Below, piece after piece: positions 11,962 through 24,939 of a stretch of DNA of 64,000 nucleotides. This stretch comes from Octopus vulgaris (taxonomy: Eukaryota). Below the pieces are notes generated by a model. That model ran no database searches. It worked only from the letters and a program-made list of their open reading frames with translations, and was not told the DNA's origin. The stretch lies in the NCBI GenBank assembly GCA_951406725.2, contig OX597839.1, positions 38,936,001 to 39,000,000 on the forward strand, read 5' to 3'. Position 1 is the stretch's first letter; every line of letters starts with the position of its first letter. The translations under genes and the position numbers were made by a program.

Positions 11962-12021
11962 TAATAATAATAATAATAATGATAATAATAATAATAATGA
12001 TAATAATGATAATAATAATAA

Positions 12022-12280
12022 TCCTTTCTACTGGAAGCAGATCGATCCAGTACGTAACTGGTACTAATTTAATCGACCCCGAGAGGATGGAAGGCAATGT
12101 CGACCTCGGTGGAATTTGAACTCAGAACGTAAAGACAGACGAAATACCTATTTCTTTACTACCCACAAGGGGCTAAACACAGAGAGGACAGACAAACAGA
12201 TCAAGTCGATTACATCGACCCCAGTGCGTAACTGGTACTTATTTAATCGACCTCGAAAGGATAAAAGGCAAAGTCGACAT
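12022..12280 (-). mobile_element. SINE family B partial tandem (about 1.5 units)
   Basis: Unit junction GACGAAATACCTATTTCTTTAC at ~12138-12160. Confidence 0.8.
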
Positions 12281-12539
12281 AATATGGAATGAAAACAACT
12301 GTAGAGACACAGAAATTCAAAATATGAACGAGGAAATCCTGCGTTTCGATTTTGATAGAATTACATTATCAGTTTCCACTTTTTGTAACTAGTGAAAGGA
12401 AAAAGAAAAAAAAAAGAAAAGGGAAAAAGAATATTTAGGCGAACAGTTCAGTGTAAATGTCGGGCATCTAAGGAAAATCGTAATAATAATAATAAGAAGA
12501 AGAATAATAATAATAATAATAATAAGAAGAAGAAGAAGA

Positions 12540-12815
12540 AGAAACTATCAAGCAAAAGGTATGTGCTAAAGCTACTCGCATAGCAAGGTATGAAAAGTGT
12601 GTTAGATTCTTCTAAGACAACATGTTCAAAAATAACCCCCAAAATTTGTACAGGAAGATGGGGAAAATACCAGTTACAGCAAAGTCTGTCCCGTCAAAAG
12701 AAGAAAGGCAGGAATTTTAGAATAGAATTTGGGCAGAAGAAAAAAACACACGACCAAATATATGAGGCCTCTGGGTGAGAGTTGGAGCCAACTTGTACAA
12801 ATACAAAGCAAAAGT
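12540..12815 (+). pseudogene. Decayed R4/Dong-like ORF fragment (region N-terminal to RT)
   Basis: TIKQKVCAKATRIARYEK...FKNNP...EF*NRIWAEEK resembles the LKQ..AKAQRIRRY..F..N motif of Dong-like elements; frameshifted. Confidence 0.5.
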
Positions 12816-12852
12816 CAAACATATAATAATAATAGTAATAGTAATAATAAAA

Positions 12853-12893
<41 letters not shown>

Positions 12894-12895
<2 letters not shown>

Positions 12896-13325
12896 AATTA
12901 AGGCCAACAGACCAGATATAGTTGTCAGAGACCATGAAGAAAAAAATGCTTTCTAATTGATGTATCAGTACCGGCAGATGACAACGTGTCTCTAAAAGAA
13001 ATGGAGAAACTCTCAAAATACAAAGACCTGGAAATAGAGGTAACTAGAATGTGGAATCTGAAAACAGAAACAATTCCTATCATAGTAGGTGCATTAGGCA
13101 TGATAAAAAAATATTCAGACAAATACATAACAAAAACACCAGGACTTACAAAAACATATAACATACAGAAAATTGCACTACTAGGCACTGCACACATCCT
13201 ACGCAGAACACTTTCCATACAATAACCATCAGAGCATCACAACAAATCACAGCACATACCCAAGGCACACAGAGCTGCGCTCGGTAGTGAAGTGAAAGCA
13301 CGCTATAAAAATAAAAATAAAACTA

Positions 13326-13330
<5 letters not shown>
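12894..13330 (+). mobile_element. 5'-truncated R4/Dong-like non-LTR retrotransposon (RLE endonuclease C-terminus plus 3' UTR) in (TAA)n
   Basis: NRPDIVV...LIDVSVP..K..KY.DL...W..IIVGALG...QKIALLGTAHILRRTL; (TAA)n on both sides. Confidence 0.9.
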
Positions 13331-13385
<55 letters not shown>

Positions 13386-13386
<1 letters not shown>

Positions 13387-13530
13387 CTTTCTACTATAGA
13401 CACAAATCCTGACTTTGAGGGGCGGGGGACTAGTCGATTACATCGATTTCAGTGTTCAACTGGTACTTATTTTATAGACACTCAAATGAGTGAAAGGCAA
13501 AGACGACCTCAGTTGAATGTGAACTCATAC
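13386..13530 (-). mobile_element. SINE family B fragment, alternative tail
   Basis: TTTCTACTATAGACACAAATCCTG...GAAAGGCAAAG. Confidence 0.7.
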
Positions 13531-14650
13531 CAGTAGTAGTTACTGCAGTAGAAAGAATCTTTTTTGTCCTTTTTCCTCTCGAAAACGCCTAATGTAAAAT
13601 CTATTCATAATTGCACTAATAATAAAAATAACAACAGCAAAGCAAACACTAGAACACATTAAATATTAATAGACGTATATTTATAATGCATTCATCACCT
13701 AAGTAGTATCTCCTCTATAATACCACATTAAATATTCCTTATACCTTTTGGGCCAAGATTAATAACGTACTTACAAAACTAAACATCATGAATATTACTT
13801 ACTACACAATACATACATGTCATTTCAAGTGTGCTGTGTGTGTTGTGTGTGGTGTGTGTGTATCGCTATATTAAACATTTCATTTTAACTCTCTTAATTA
13901 ATTCATAATCTTTTACAGTGATTAACCAACAATAACGTTTATATTGAATACAGAGCCAATAACTGGTATAAAAGGCATACGGGTAATACAAGACATATGC
14001 TAATTTCCGCGGCGCACAGACAGGAAAAAACCAGCTTCTGGTGCATCAAAGCCTGTAATACAGGCCAACTTGGCACATAAGACCCGGGATTAATTTCTGA
14101 CACATTTTTGGGGGAAAAAATTGGTCTTATATCATTTATACCCTCTCTACAATAGGTCTAAGACCAGAAGTTTTAACGGAGGGGCTAAGTCGATTGACAG
14201 GAAGATTCAGCAGTTATGTCGTTACCGGACGTCTGTCACCAGGCGGAATCAACGCGGCCGTAGCAGACGGTTCTTGTCTATCAACGATATAAACACGAGT
14301 GGTTTTGTGCACCACAAGGTCATTAGAGATGTCCACTCAAGGTAAATAACGCAGTATTCTGGGTTCTAACACAATCTCCAAGCTGGAGATCAAGATTTCT
14401 CTTTGACATAAATACTGCCCCTGTCGCTATTAATTATATACATGTGTGTGTATGTGTGAGCCAGTGTGTATGTGCGTTTGTTTGTCAGTCTTTGTGTTTC
14501 TCCCTCCAAAATTACTTGACAACCGGTGTTGGTTTTATTACGTCTTCATAATTTGGCGGTTCGGTCAAAGGGTCCGATAGAACAAGTACCAGGCTTTAAA
14601 AATAAGTTGGATATAAAGATTGCTTTTTATATTAATATTGCTTCTATCGC

Positions 14651-14694
<44 letters not shown>

Positions 14695-14700
<6 letters not shown>

Positions 14701-14915
14701 AGAATTCACAAAAAAAAACCCCAAAACAAAAGACGAAGACAGGTGGTGTAGACAACAAACAGATGTATTAGTATAACGTATATATATATAAATATAAATG
14801 TATATATATATATATAGGGAGAATTCACAAAAAAAAACAAAACAAAAGTCGAAGACAGGTGGTGTAGACAACAAACAGATGTATTATATAACGTATATAT
14901 ATATATAAATATAAA
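14695..14915. repeat. Tandem duplicate (~120 bp) of a repeat terminus also present in reverse at 28775-28845
   Basis: GGGAGAATTCACAAAAAAA...GAAGACAGGTGGTGTAGACAACAAACAGATGTATTA twice. Confidence 0.8.
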
Positions 14916-14922
14916 TGTATGC

Positions 14923-14995
<73 letters not shown>

Positions 14996-16120
14996 GTATG
15001 TCATTGTTCAGTTTTATTTCAAGATTTCTTGCCAATAGAGAAAGAACCGGTTTCTAACCTAGATTCAAGGCTCCTTCATTGGAATTTCCACATCAACAAC
15101 AGGGGATTTTTGTAGGTGTGTATGTATATGTGTAAATTTGTATGTTTTGCTCTACGTATGTATTCTCATGCATATAGTTGCATATCTAGACATGTTCGTA
15201 TATATTTAAATGATAAAATTTACAGAAAGTTTTACAGATTTTTACAGTTCCAGTGATGGATTGGATCTGTAGTCTTCGAGTGCGTCTGTGTGAGTGTGTA
15301 TGTGTGTGTGTGTGTCTTTGTGATATTGTCCCGCCAACATCACTTGACAACCGGTGTTGGTTCACGTCTCGATAAAATGGCGGTCCGACCAAAGGGTCCG
15401 ATAGAATTACTGGTGGGGTTCATTCTTTTCGACTGAACCAATCAGGGATGTGCCCCCAAATGGCGGCATTCGAACGACTGAAACAAGAAAAAAATGTGCG
15501 TGTGTGTGTTAGCGTGTGTGTGTGTTGGTGTGTGTATGATGTCTGTATACGCTGGCGTTTTTGTCTAACCCCAGGTGATTACTCATCCCACGCGTCTAAT
15601 ACCAAAATCGTTCCAGCTGTGTCAAGCCTGTCTATTATTTTTCAGTTATAGTGTATTAGGACTCACATAGTGATGTATCTACCACTACGAAGACCACACA
15701 CGAACACACGGACACATACACACACGAACATACACACACACACGCAGACATACATACATGTATACATACATATATGCATACACACAAGACAAATAAGCAT
15801 ATTGGAAAGAGGGGAGAGAAAATGGCCTGAAGAAATACCTACTCTTAAGCTCAGCTTTATACGTACACGTATAAGGATACATACACATACACACAGATAC
15901 ACGCAGAAATACATATACAAGTAGACACACAACATTATTAAATATGGTGAAAGCTAGCGAGAAAATGACCCCCAGAAACACACGCATTCCCTCACGTATA
16001 CAGTTACACGCATGACCACACACACACACACACACACACACAAACATACGACACGATTAAACATGGCGGAAACAAGTGAGAAAATGGTTGCCTTAAAAAC
16101 ACGCTCATACAAATACACAG

Positions 16121-16152
<32 letters not shown>

Positions 16153-16479
16153 ACTCACACGCACACCAACACGCCTTTACATCAATCGAAGTCCTATCAA
16201 TAAACGAATCAATAGCCAATATTTTCGTGTCCAGAATGGGCGTCCATTACAAACAGGATCGTAACAATTGCAACATCAACCGAACCATAAGACTCTCTCT
16301 ATTGATCGGCTTTGCTAACGGCAGCCATTTATAAACCGATCACTGCTTGAAATTATTGATTCATCGCCATCGTTACATGTTTAACAATTCTGACGTCCTA
16401 TTCACAAACGCACACAGACACACACAAACACACATGCTCGTACAGAGAGAGAGAGAGAGAGAGGGTGGGGGGGAGAGAA

Positions 16480-16510
<31 letters not shown>

Positions 16511-16600
16511 CTACGCTAACAAACACATTTACATATATGTACATATGCACATAAATGTGTGTGGATATATGTACATACATACACATATAAGTACATAGAC

Positions 16601-16683
<83 letters not shown>

Positions 16684-17171
16684 ATAATGTACAAGTGTAT
16701 ACATACACGCACACATATATATATATGTATTATGACACACAGACACACACACATATACAGACACATATGCATCATACCATATATATGTATATATGTACAC
16801 ATGTACGCACACATTTCTCTCTATTTCCTTTTTCCTCTTTCACCACCACCACCACCACCACCACCACATATATATATATGTACAAATATACATACATTAT
16901 ATAACAATCACCGTCACCATCATCACCACCGACACCACCCCTATTCCCTCTCTTTCTAAACAAGCCAACGAGAGGAACTCTTATATGGTCATATGACCCG
17001 CTAGAAAACGCAGTCGAATGCTCCATTTAGCGCTGGCAACAGATAAACTACTCGACCAACGGAACGTGGCTTATACCCTACGTGTCTTATACCAGTGCTA
17101 CTCAAAGTGGTGATCCGCGAACCATCAGCTGCCGGTACGTTGCCTGTTTCCAGAAAAGAAAGAAACAGTAT

Positions 17172-17328
17172 AGGAGTGGCTGTGTGGTAAGTAGCTTGCT
17201 TACCAACCACATGGTTCTGGGTTCAGGCCCATTGCGTGGCACATTGGGCAAGTGTCTTCTACTATAGCCTCGGGCCGACCAAAGCCTTGTGAGTGGATTT
17301 GGTAGACGGAAACTGAAAGAAGCCTGTC

Positions 17329-17365
<37 letters not shown>

Positions 17366-17376
17366 CGCAGGAGTGG

Positions 17377-17429
<53 letters not shown>

Positions 17430-17530
17430 GCACTTTAAGCAAGTGTCTTCTACTATAGCCTCGGGCCGACCAAAGCCTTGTGAGTGGATTTGGTAGACGG
17501 AAACTGAAAGAAGCCCGTCGTATATATATG

Positions 17531-17612
<82 letters not shown>

Positions 17613-17810
17613 TGTGTTTGCCCCCCCCTCCAACATCGCTTGACAACCGATGCTGGTGTGTTTATGTCCCTGTAACTTAGCGGTTCGGCAAAAGAGATCG
17701 ATAGAATAAGTACTAGGCTTGCAAAGAATAAGTCCTGGGGTGGATTTGCTCGACTAAAGTTGGTGCTCCAGCATGGCCGCAGTCAAATGACTGAAACAAG
17801 TAAAAGAGAG
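17172..17810 (+). mobile_element. SINE family A: head half followed by a second copy with (GT)n replacing its promoter region
   Basis: Heads at 17172 and 17362; tail CTGAAACAAGTAAAAGAG. Confidence 0.85.
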
Positions 17811-18848
17811 TACATGTCTGTGTATGTACATCGTCTATGTGTTTGTCCTTCCCTCATCCCCCACCCCACCGCTTAACAATTGGTGTTGGTTTGTTTACTT
17901 CCCCAGTAACTTAGCGATTCCGCAAAACAGACCGGTCTACAGTCCAATGACAGAAACAGCTGTCAGACAAAAGACTATCAATAACAGACCGGTCTATAGG
18001 CCAATGACAGAAACAGCTGTAAGACAAAAGACTATTAATATAGCAGAACTTCAAAAAATAAAAAAACCTGATGTCCTAGAATAAGTGGTGGCGGTGGAGA
18101 AGTTGTTGAGTAGGTGGGGGAACCCTATGGCATTACTTAATTTATATAGTTATATATATATATTTTTTGCATAAATTTTTGAAAAAAAAAATTGTATCCC
18201 CAAAAGAATGAGATATGGAAATGGCATAGATTTCATAGAAAAATTTTATGAGAGAATTTGAGAATATAAAAAAAAAATGAAAAAAATATTAAGTAGACAA
18301 TTAAAAAATGGGAAACTGTTAATGGCTAATAGCCGTGCTGGTGGCAATGGTGGTGGTGGTGATGGCGGTGACGGTGATGGTGGTGGTGGTGACGACGATG
18401 GTGACTGTAGCGGAAGTCATAAAGGTAGCTTGTGGCGCGGTGATGAATGATGATAGTGATGGTGACAGCGGGGAGGTGGTTGTCATCGTGGGGTAGTTGC
18501 GGCAGCGGTGGTGGTGGTGAAGGACGTGAAATTATTCTTGTTTTGCAGCTTTCTGAGTGCAAAGATTGCTTTCGATAACAAAAAAAAAAAAATAAAAAAA
18601 AAAATAAAGAAAAGAAAGAAAAGCATAAATTCGAATAAATTCGTTTTTTGATGCACTAAAATTAAAATGTTTGACTAATGCAGTTGTAGAATGGACAATT
18701 TCGTTTTTATTTCTTCTTTTTATTTCTCTCTCTGGAATGTCTAAAAAACCCAAAATGTCTGAAATAATTTCACAGCAAATGTACTACCTACTATTCTGTA
18801 ACATTACTTAGCTCGGTTATATTCTAGCATTAAATTTTAACTAATAGC

Positions 18849-18888
<40 letters not shown>

Positions 18889-18904
18889 TTTTTAAAATTT
18901 TGAA

Positions 18905-19170
18905 TATTTTTTTGAGTGGTTGGTGTAACACTGCGCTTTGTTTAACACTTTGATTTAGTGTAGCCTCAATCAGACACTTGCAGTTTTTATCCCAAACAAC
19001 AAACACACCGTTATATTTAACTTCTTTGAGTCGTAGGTTTAAAGAGGTGCTTTAACCCCCATGTGTCTGTGTAGCCTCAACTGAACACTTGTTGTTTTAA
19101 CCGCAATAATGCACCAGTTTATTTAACTTCTTTTGAGTGGTAGGTCTGACACGGTGCTTTGTTTAAAAGA
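18905..19170. repeat. Diverged tandem repeat, ~110-bp unit, about 2.3 copies
   Basis: TTTGAGT(G/C)GT three times; GTGTAGCCTCAA and TATTTAACTTCTTT twice each. Confidence 0.75.
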
Positions 19171-19702
19171 ACGATTCTCTCCTCTGTCTATGCCCATGCC
19201 CAGATAGGACAACTACTGTCTCAGGATCGCCATTCCGGAGAGTAGGAAGGCCAGCTGACAAAAGGTCGTGAAGAATGTCCCTCATCTATGACCTAATATT
19301 AATATCTGAAACGCTAAGCCACGTGTGCTTTTTCATTTGGTTAGCGGTGCCCTCTCTTTAAGTTTGTTTCTTTCTCTTTAGTCAGAAGTGAAGGCAGTAT
19401 TCATGACTCGTGACAGGGCCTCTGAGGCTAGTGAGAAGGAGGAAGGTGTCCTCAACTCGTAAACCTGGGCCGCTTGCAACAGGATCAAGTGCACTAAAGG
19501 CACTTAAAGTGTAAAAGTAGTGGTGGGCAAATTTGACCTCGATGGGAATTGAACTCAGAACGTATAGTGTCAGAACAAAATAGCGTATGACTTTCTGTCC
19601 GTTGCTTTAGCAACTGCGCCGGGTTGTCTCTAACGCCTTTACACGCGCGAAGGGAAAAGTAGTGGCTTTACTGAGAAAGGTGAAACAGAGAAAAAGAAAG
19701 AT

Positions 19703-19751
<49 letters not shown>

Positions 19752-20141
19752 AGGTAAGAAGATTGATAGAGTGGTGGTATTGGCGGTGTCTTATAGCACA
19801 ATGGATCCATCTTCGCAGTGTATAATCATTTTAAGTAGTGTTGTGGCGGAAGTTCTAGGAAAATACTGCATGAAACATATTTCTACTACTACTACTACTA
19901 CTACTACTAGCAGATACTCGACAGCCAAAATGCTAAAACGTAGCATTCATTTATGCTGATACACACTTTCACCATTACCACTATCAACAACATCAGAGCA
20001 CCTGCTACTCACACGCCACCTATCGGTGTTGCCAACATACACCCACATATACGCTTTACAGGACGGGTATGAAAATATACGGCACCGTTACGCACGGGGA
20101 AGGTAATCATCTACAAAAGACACACACTCAGACAAAACAAC

Positions 20142-20179
<38 letters not shown>

Positions 20180-20731
20180 AATATGTAAATGATAGAGTGT
20201 AATGGAGAAAGAAAGAGGGTGCAAGAGATAGTAGTCAGCCTACAATAAGACGAGCGAAAGAGAAATAGGGTGAAAGAGAGGCGAACGAGTAACGAAAGAA
20301 GGGATAACGTGAGTTAGAGAGGAGAGGTGGAAAGGAGTTAAAGTTCTATAATACAGAGGGGGAATTAGAGGGGTAATGAGGTAGAGTGAGCGAATGAATA
20401 AGACAAGAACGAAAGAGTTAAACAGAGAGGGGATAGAAAGACGTTGAGAAGTGAAGAAATGTGGAGGTAGATTTTGATTGAGATAAAAAGACGAAGGAAG
20501 TTTATATATACACATAACGCACATATAAACGTACATGTTGCATATTTATTACATCATACTTTGTTACTGTGTGGACTAAGGTCCCCGTTAACAGCTCGCT
20601 GGTATTTATAGAGTGCTAAACACTTTCGGTGTGCAAATTAGGGACTCCTTCATAGAGTAACTGCTGCATTTGTTAAGTATATAAGCAGTTAGACTGCTTG
20701 TTTTTCTGGAGACTGTCAGAATGGTGTAGAC

Positions 20732-20774
20732 ACCTCTGATGAGAACCCAATAAGGTTCGAAAATCGATTAAGGT
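20732..20774 (+). ncRNA. Minimal type I hammerhead ribozyme (Penelope-like)
   Basis: acct-CTGATGA-gaacc caataa ggttc-GAAA-atcgat-TA-aggt; canonical core, palindromic stem III. Confidence 0.8.
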
Positions 20775-21609
20775 TATTCCTCATTCTTTTCAGTCTGCGG
20801 AGAAATGAGTAAACTTTGCCCGTTACATATATATCACAGAATGAGAGAGAGGGAGGGAGATATATATATATATATAATTCTGAGGAGAGAGGTTAGTCGG
20901 TGCCGAGTACCAATATTCGAGAAGACAAAAAAATGACCTTGACAGGAGGATATGTATACAGCACGTAAAGAGCAAGGACAAGTACCATAAAATATTTTCC
21001 CCGACACTCTAAGGACTCTCCCAATCCACTGATCTTACGAAAAGAAATAATGAAATATGTGACCGAGACAATGAAAATAATGAAGTACTATGAATGGAAA
21101 AAAGTGAAAGGAATAAGAATAACTGAAGGAAGACAGTACGAAATACCAGAAGAAAATAGAGCAAATAGGCTTCAAATAAAAATCATTAAGAATCACTGAA
21201 AGTTTCGTTTTTGTAATTGGTTTGCGAGATTCTAAATGTCTACTCGTTCGTGTGCTGAAATATATGTTGTTGTTGTATCTCCGAAGGGTCATATACCAAT
21301 AATAAACGCACACGTTGGTGCTATTTCATTTCTTTACTTTTTTATTAGTCAATTGGTTAGCCATTTAACCAATTAACTCATCAATTGTTTGATTAATTGT
21401 TCGGTCAATCAATCTACCAATCAGTTACGTTTGTCAAAGTGCTTCCGCCGCCATAACGTAGTCGTCAATGACATGTTGCTTCTACTCCAAGTCTGTTTCA
21501 GGTCATGACAAAAAAATAATAAATCATTATAATAAAGGGAAATAAAATCAATACATGTGTTTGTTTTCATCATGACCCTACAGTGATGTGACAAAATTAC
21601 TGAAAAATA

Positions 21610-21800
21610 TCAGCAATAAACACCGTATTCCGGCTAATTATGCCATCGTCAGACTGCAAATGGACATTGGTTTAACTTCGAAGTCACTTTTAAAAAAATT
21701 CTTCTTTTAGCATAATAAATTCGTACTCTAAAAAAGTATAGAGTAACCTGTTAGATTAATGTTAAATAGTTATTATAACTAAGCACAAAAACAAACATGA
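21610..21800. mobile_element. Diverged copy of the 41053-41270 Penelope-like terminal repeat
   Basis: Shared AACTTCGAAGTCACTTT...AAAAGTATAGAG...TATTATAACT; minus-strand CTGACGA near 21650. Confidence 0.6.
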
Positions 21801-21862
<62 letters not shown>

Positions 21863-23444
21863 GAAGGTAAATTACAGAAATAAACCCCGTTATTTTTTGC
21901 AGGTACTACGCCAGTTTGGGAATGAAAAATGTTACAGTGTTACTAACACATATATGCACTCAGGTACACTTCCATGCACGTTACATATATACGAGTGTCT
22001 CTGTGTGTGTATGCGTGGGTTTGTGTGTGCGCATATGCGTACGTGAATGTATGTATGTATGTATATATAATATGCAGACACTATACACACACAAGTGAGG
22101 TTTGTCCAATGATTTCAATGTATTCTTTTTATGTGTAAAGTTTTAAAAAAATATCGACAAAGAATTGCTAAGACCTGCTGATAATTACCAACGGCAAATT
22201 TTCATGTCCCATTTAACCAATAATAATTTTAAAATAAATGCATATTAATTAAAAAAAAAAGAGAAGCAAAACTTGAAAAAAACGCCAATTTATATTTTAT
22301 CATCTAAACAATATAGGATTTGATTGGTTTCCAAGCAAAATGGCTGAAAATTTTTGCTGTTATTTTTACGGTGTTCAATGATAAAATTTAAATATTTCCT
22401 CAAAAATAGGAAAACTACGTGCTGAAAATAAGAAAATTCTATAAGGTCCATGAATTGGATTTTTGTTGAGTAATCAGAACTGCTGTGTTTTTCCCCAGCA
22501 CCAGCAACAACTAGATCAACAGTAATGACAACAACATCAGCTACAAGAAGAAGAAGAAGAAGCATTGAGAGCAAATATAATGCTTGTATCAGCTGTAGAA
22601 GAATGGAGGATTTTGTTGTTTTTGGTCGGTGTAGACCCTTCCTCACCACCGTCAATTCTTCCCCGTCATATCTAATGCATTCTTCAAAGACTTATTTTGA
22701 TGGGAAAAAAGGGGGAGGAATTTTGTACTCCATTGAGTGGACTCTTGTTTGTGATTAATCCATTTTAATTTGAAACCGGAAGGATGGAAAACAAAACACA
22801 ACAAAGAAATAAACAAAAAAACACACAAAAAAACGTAGTAAAATAATTCCCTGGGCAATTTAAGAAGTGAAAAAAAAAATCAAACCTGGACTGAAGAATC
22901 AAACCGAAACGCATGGTTCTTTGTCAAGAATATAATTAGAACAACGACAACAACAACAACAACAAAAAGTAATAATAACAGTTTTGGATTTAGGCATAAG
23001 GACAGAAATTCTGAAATAAGAGGCGGAGGTGGTGATGGCGGTGGTAAGTGTGTTGTGGCAGTCGATGCAATCGACTCCAGCACTTGGCTGCGACAACTTC
23101 ACGTTCTTAGTTCAAATCCCGGCGAGGTCTAGAGTGCCTTTCATCCTTTTGAGCTCGAATACAACGAAGAACCAATAGAAATACCAGCGCAAAACATTTC
23201 TTTTTCGACGCACCAAACTTCTAGCAGCTCGCTCGCCAATAATGATATTAAATCAGCCAATAGAAACAAAAGCAATAACAATAACGACAATTTCGGATTT
23301 AGGTACAACGCGTGAAAGGAAGAACGGTAGAAGAGAAGTTAGCCAAGACGATCGACTCCAGCACTTGACTGGTAACTGGTACTTTATGTTTCTAAGTTCA
23401 AACCCTGTCGAAATCAACTAGTGTGCCTTTCATCGGTTCGAGGT

Positions 23445-23681
23445 TGGCGGTGGTGGTGGACAAACACAGACACACAAACATATACACACACATACATATA
23501 TATATATTTACATATATACGACAGGCTTCTTTCAGTTTCCGTCTACCAAATCAGGTCACAAGGCTTTGGTCGGCCCGAGGCTATAGTAAAAAACACTTGC
23601 CCAACTTGCCACGCAGTGGGACTGTACCGGAAACCATGTGGTTCGTCAGCAAGCTACATACCACACAGCCACTTCTACGCC

Positions 23682-23682
<1 letters not shown>
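23445..23682 (-). mobile_element. SINE family A (head half)
   Basis: Reverse complement of A head. Confidence 0.85.
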
Positions 23683-23756
<74 letters not shown>

Positions 23757-23820
23757 TTTATATATATTTGGCTGACGATTAGTAAGGAGAGACACAAATA
23801 AGAAAGAAGAAAACAAAGGA

Positions 23821-23860
23821 CCACTGATGCGGTCACAGGAGTGTGACGAAAGAACTCTGG
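23821..23860 (+). ncRNA. Type I hammerhead-like motif with A9C change
   Basis: cca-CTGATGC-g-gtcaca ggag tgtgac-GAAA-gaac-TC-tgg. Confidence 0.55.
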
Positions 23861-24534
23861 CCGAAATAAGATTAAGATTAATGTAAAAAATAAATAACAC
23901 TGAAGCAAAGTAACACCAAATATATAGTGCGTGTGTTTTTATTGGCTAAACTGGCAAAATGACCATTCCGAAATATAACAATATATATATATATATATAT
24001 ATAAAGAAATTGAGATGACAAGGTGATACTCAGACATTCAAACACGAGCCCACTGCATCTTATAGCAGAAACGGCTGTAAGCTAATGGAGTTCAGAAGAT
24101 AATCGCTTATTCCTTTGTCATCTCAATCACTTATTACCGGTCTGTACCCAACTACCGTTTCGTTCTGAACCATATGTATACTGAGTTCTACATCAGGTTA
24201 TTAACATCGTAATACCTAAGTGAAATATATATATACGCACATACAGAGGTGAATGGTCAAGCTTATCGCGAGATTACCTAATAACGACAGTAGCATTGCA
24301 GTTGCTACATTTCGTGTTATAGCTGATTGTGAACTTCTGAGAATATCTTCATTTAAGAATTATTTGTGCAATCTCTACTTTCCGAAAACAAATTTACAAT
24401 CAACACTTTTCTTTTCCTTTTACGTTCAACAAATCAAGTTTGCAGCTGTAATTGTTTTCTTGAAAATAATTTAGCTGTGGGTGAACTTCATCCAAGTGTA
24501 ATTTTAGTCTATTCAGAAGTCAATAGAGCGATCA

Positions 24535-24580
<46 letters not shown>

Positions 24581-24939
24581 GTTGTTGTTGCTGTTGTTGT
24601 TGTTATTTCCATTATATAGCAATTACATAAGTCATTATTAAGTTCATATCTCCAAGAAAAATGTACTTCATAATTCAATTTTCTTCTATAACTATAATTA
24701 ATACGATTCTGTTTACTATTTTCGATGTTTTCTTTCCGTTCTTCTCTGATGTTGTTGATGTTGTTATGCCCAGCCCAGGTTTCATTCAGATTTCAGACAA
24801 ATATCTTTAAAACTTCTGCATGAAAGCTTTCTTAAATAAATGTAATTAGAAGAATAATTAATTATTTAACAAGACTGATAGTTTAGAGATGGTATTTAGT
24901 ACAAATTCAATGAATTTGTAGTCGCTACTCAAAGTTTGT

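Noticed and set aside
17928-18042. 57-bp tandem duplicate with GAAACAGCTGT(C/A)
   Set aside because: Lacks CUGANGA; resembles a diverged SINE A tail.
22888-22920. CTGAAGA...GAAAC hammerhead
   Set aside because: No stem II pairing.
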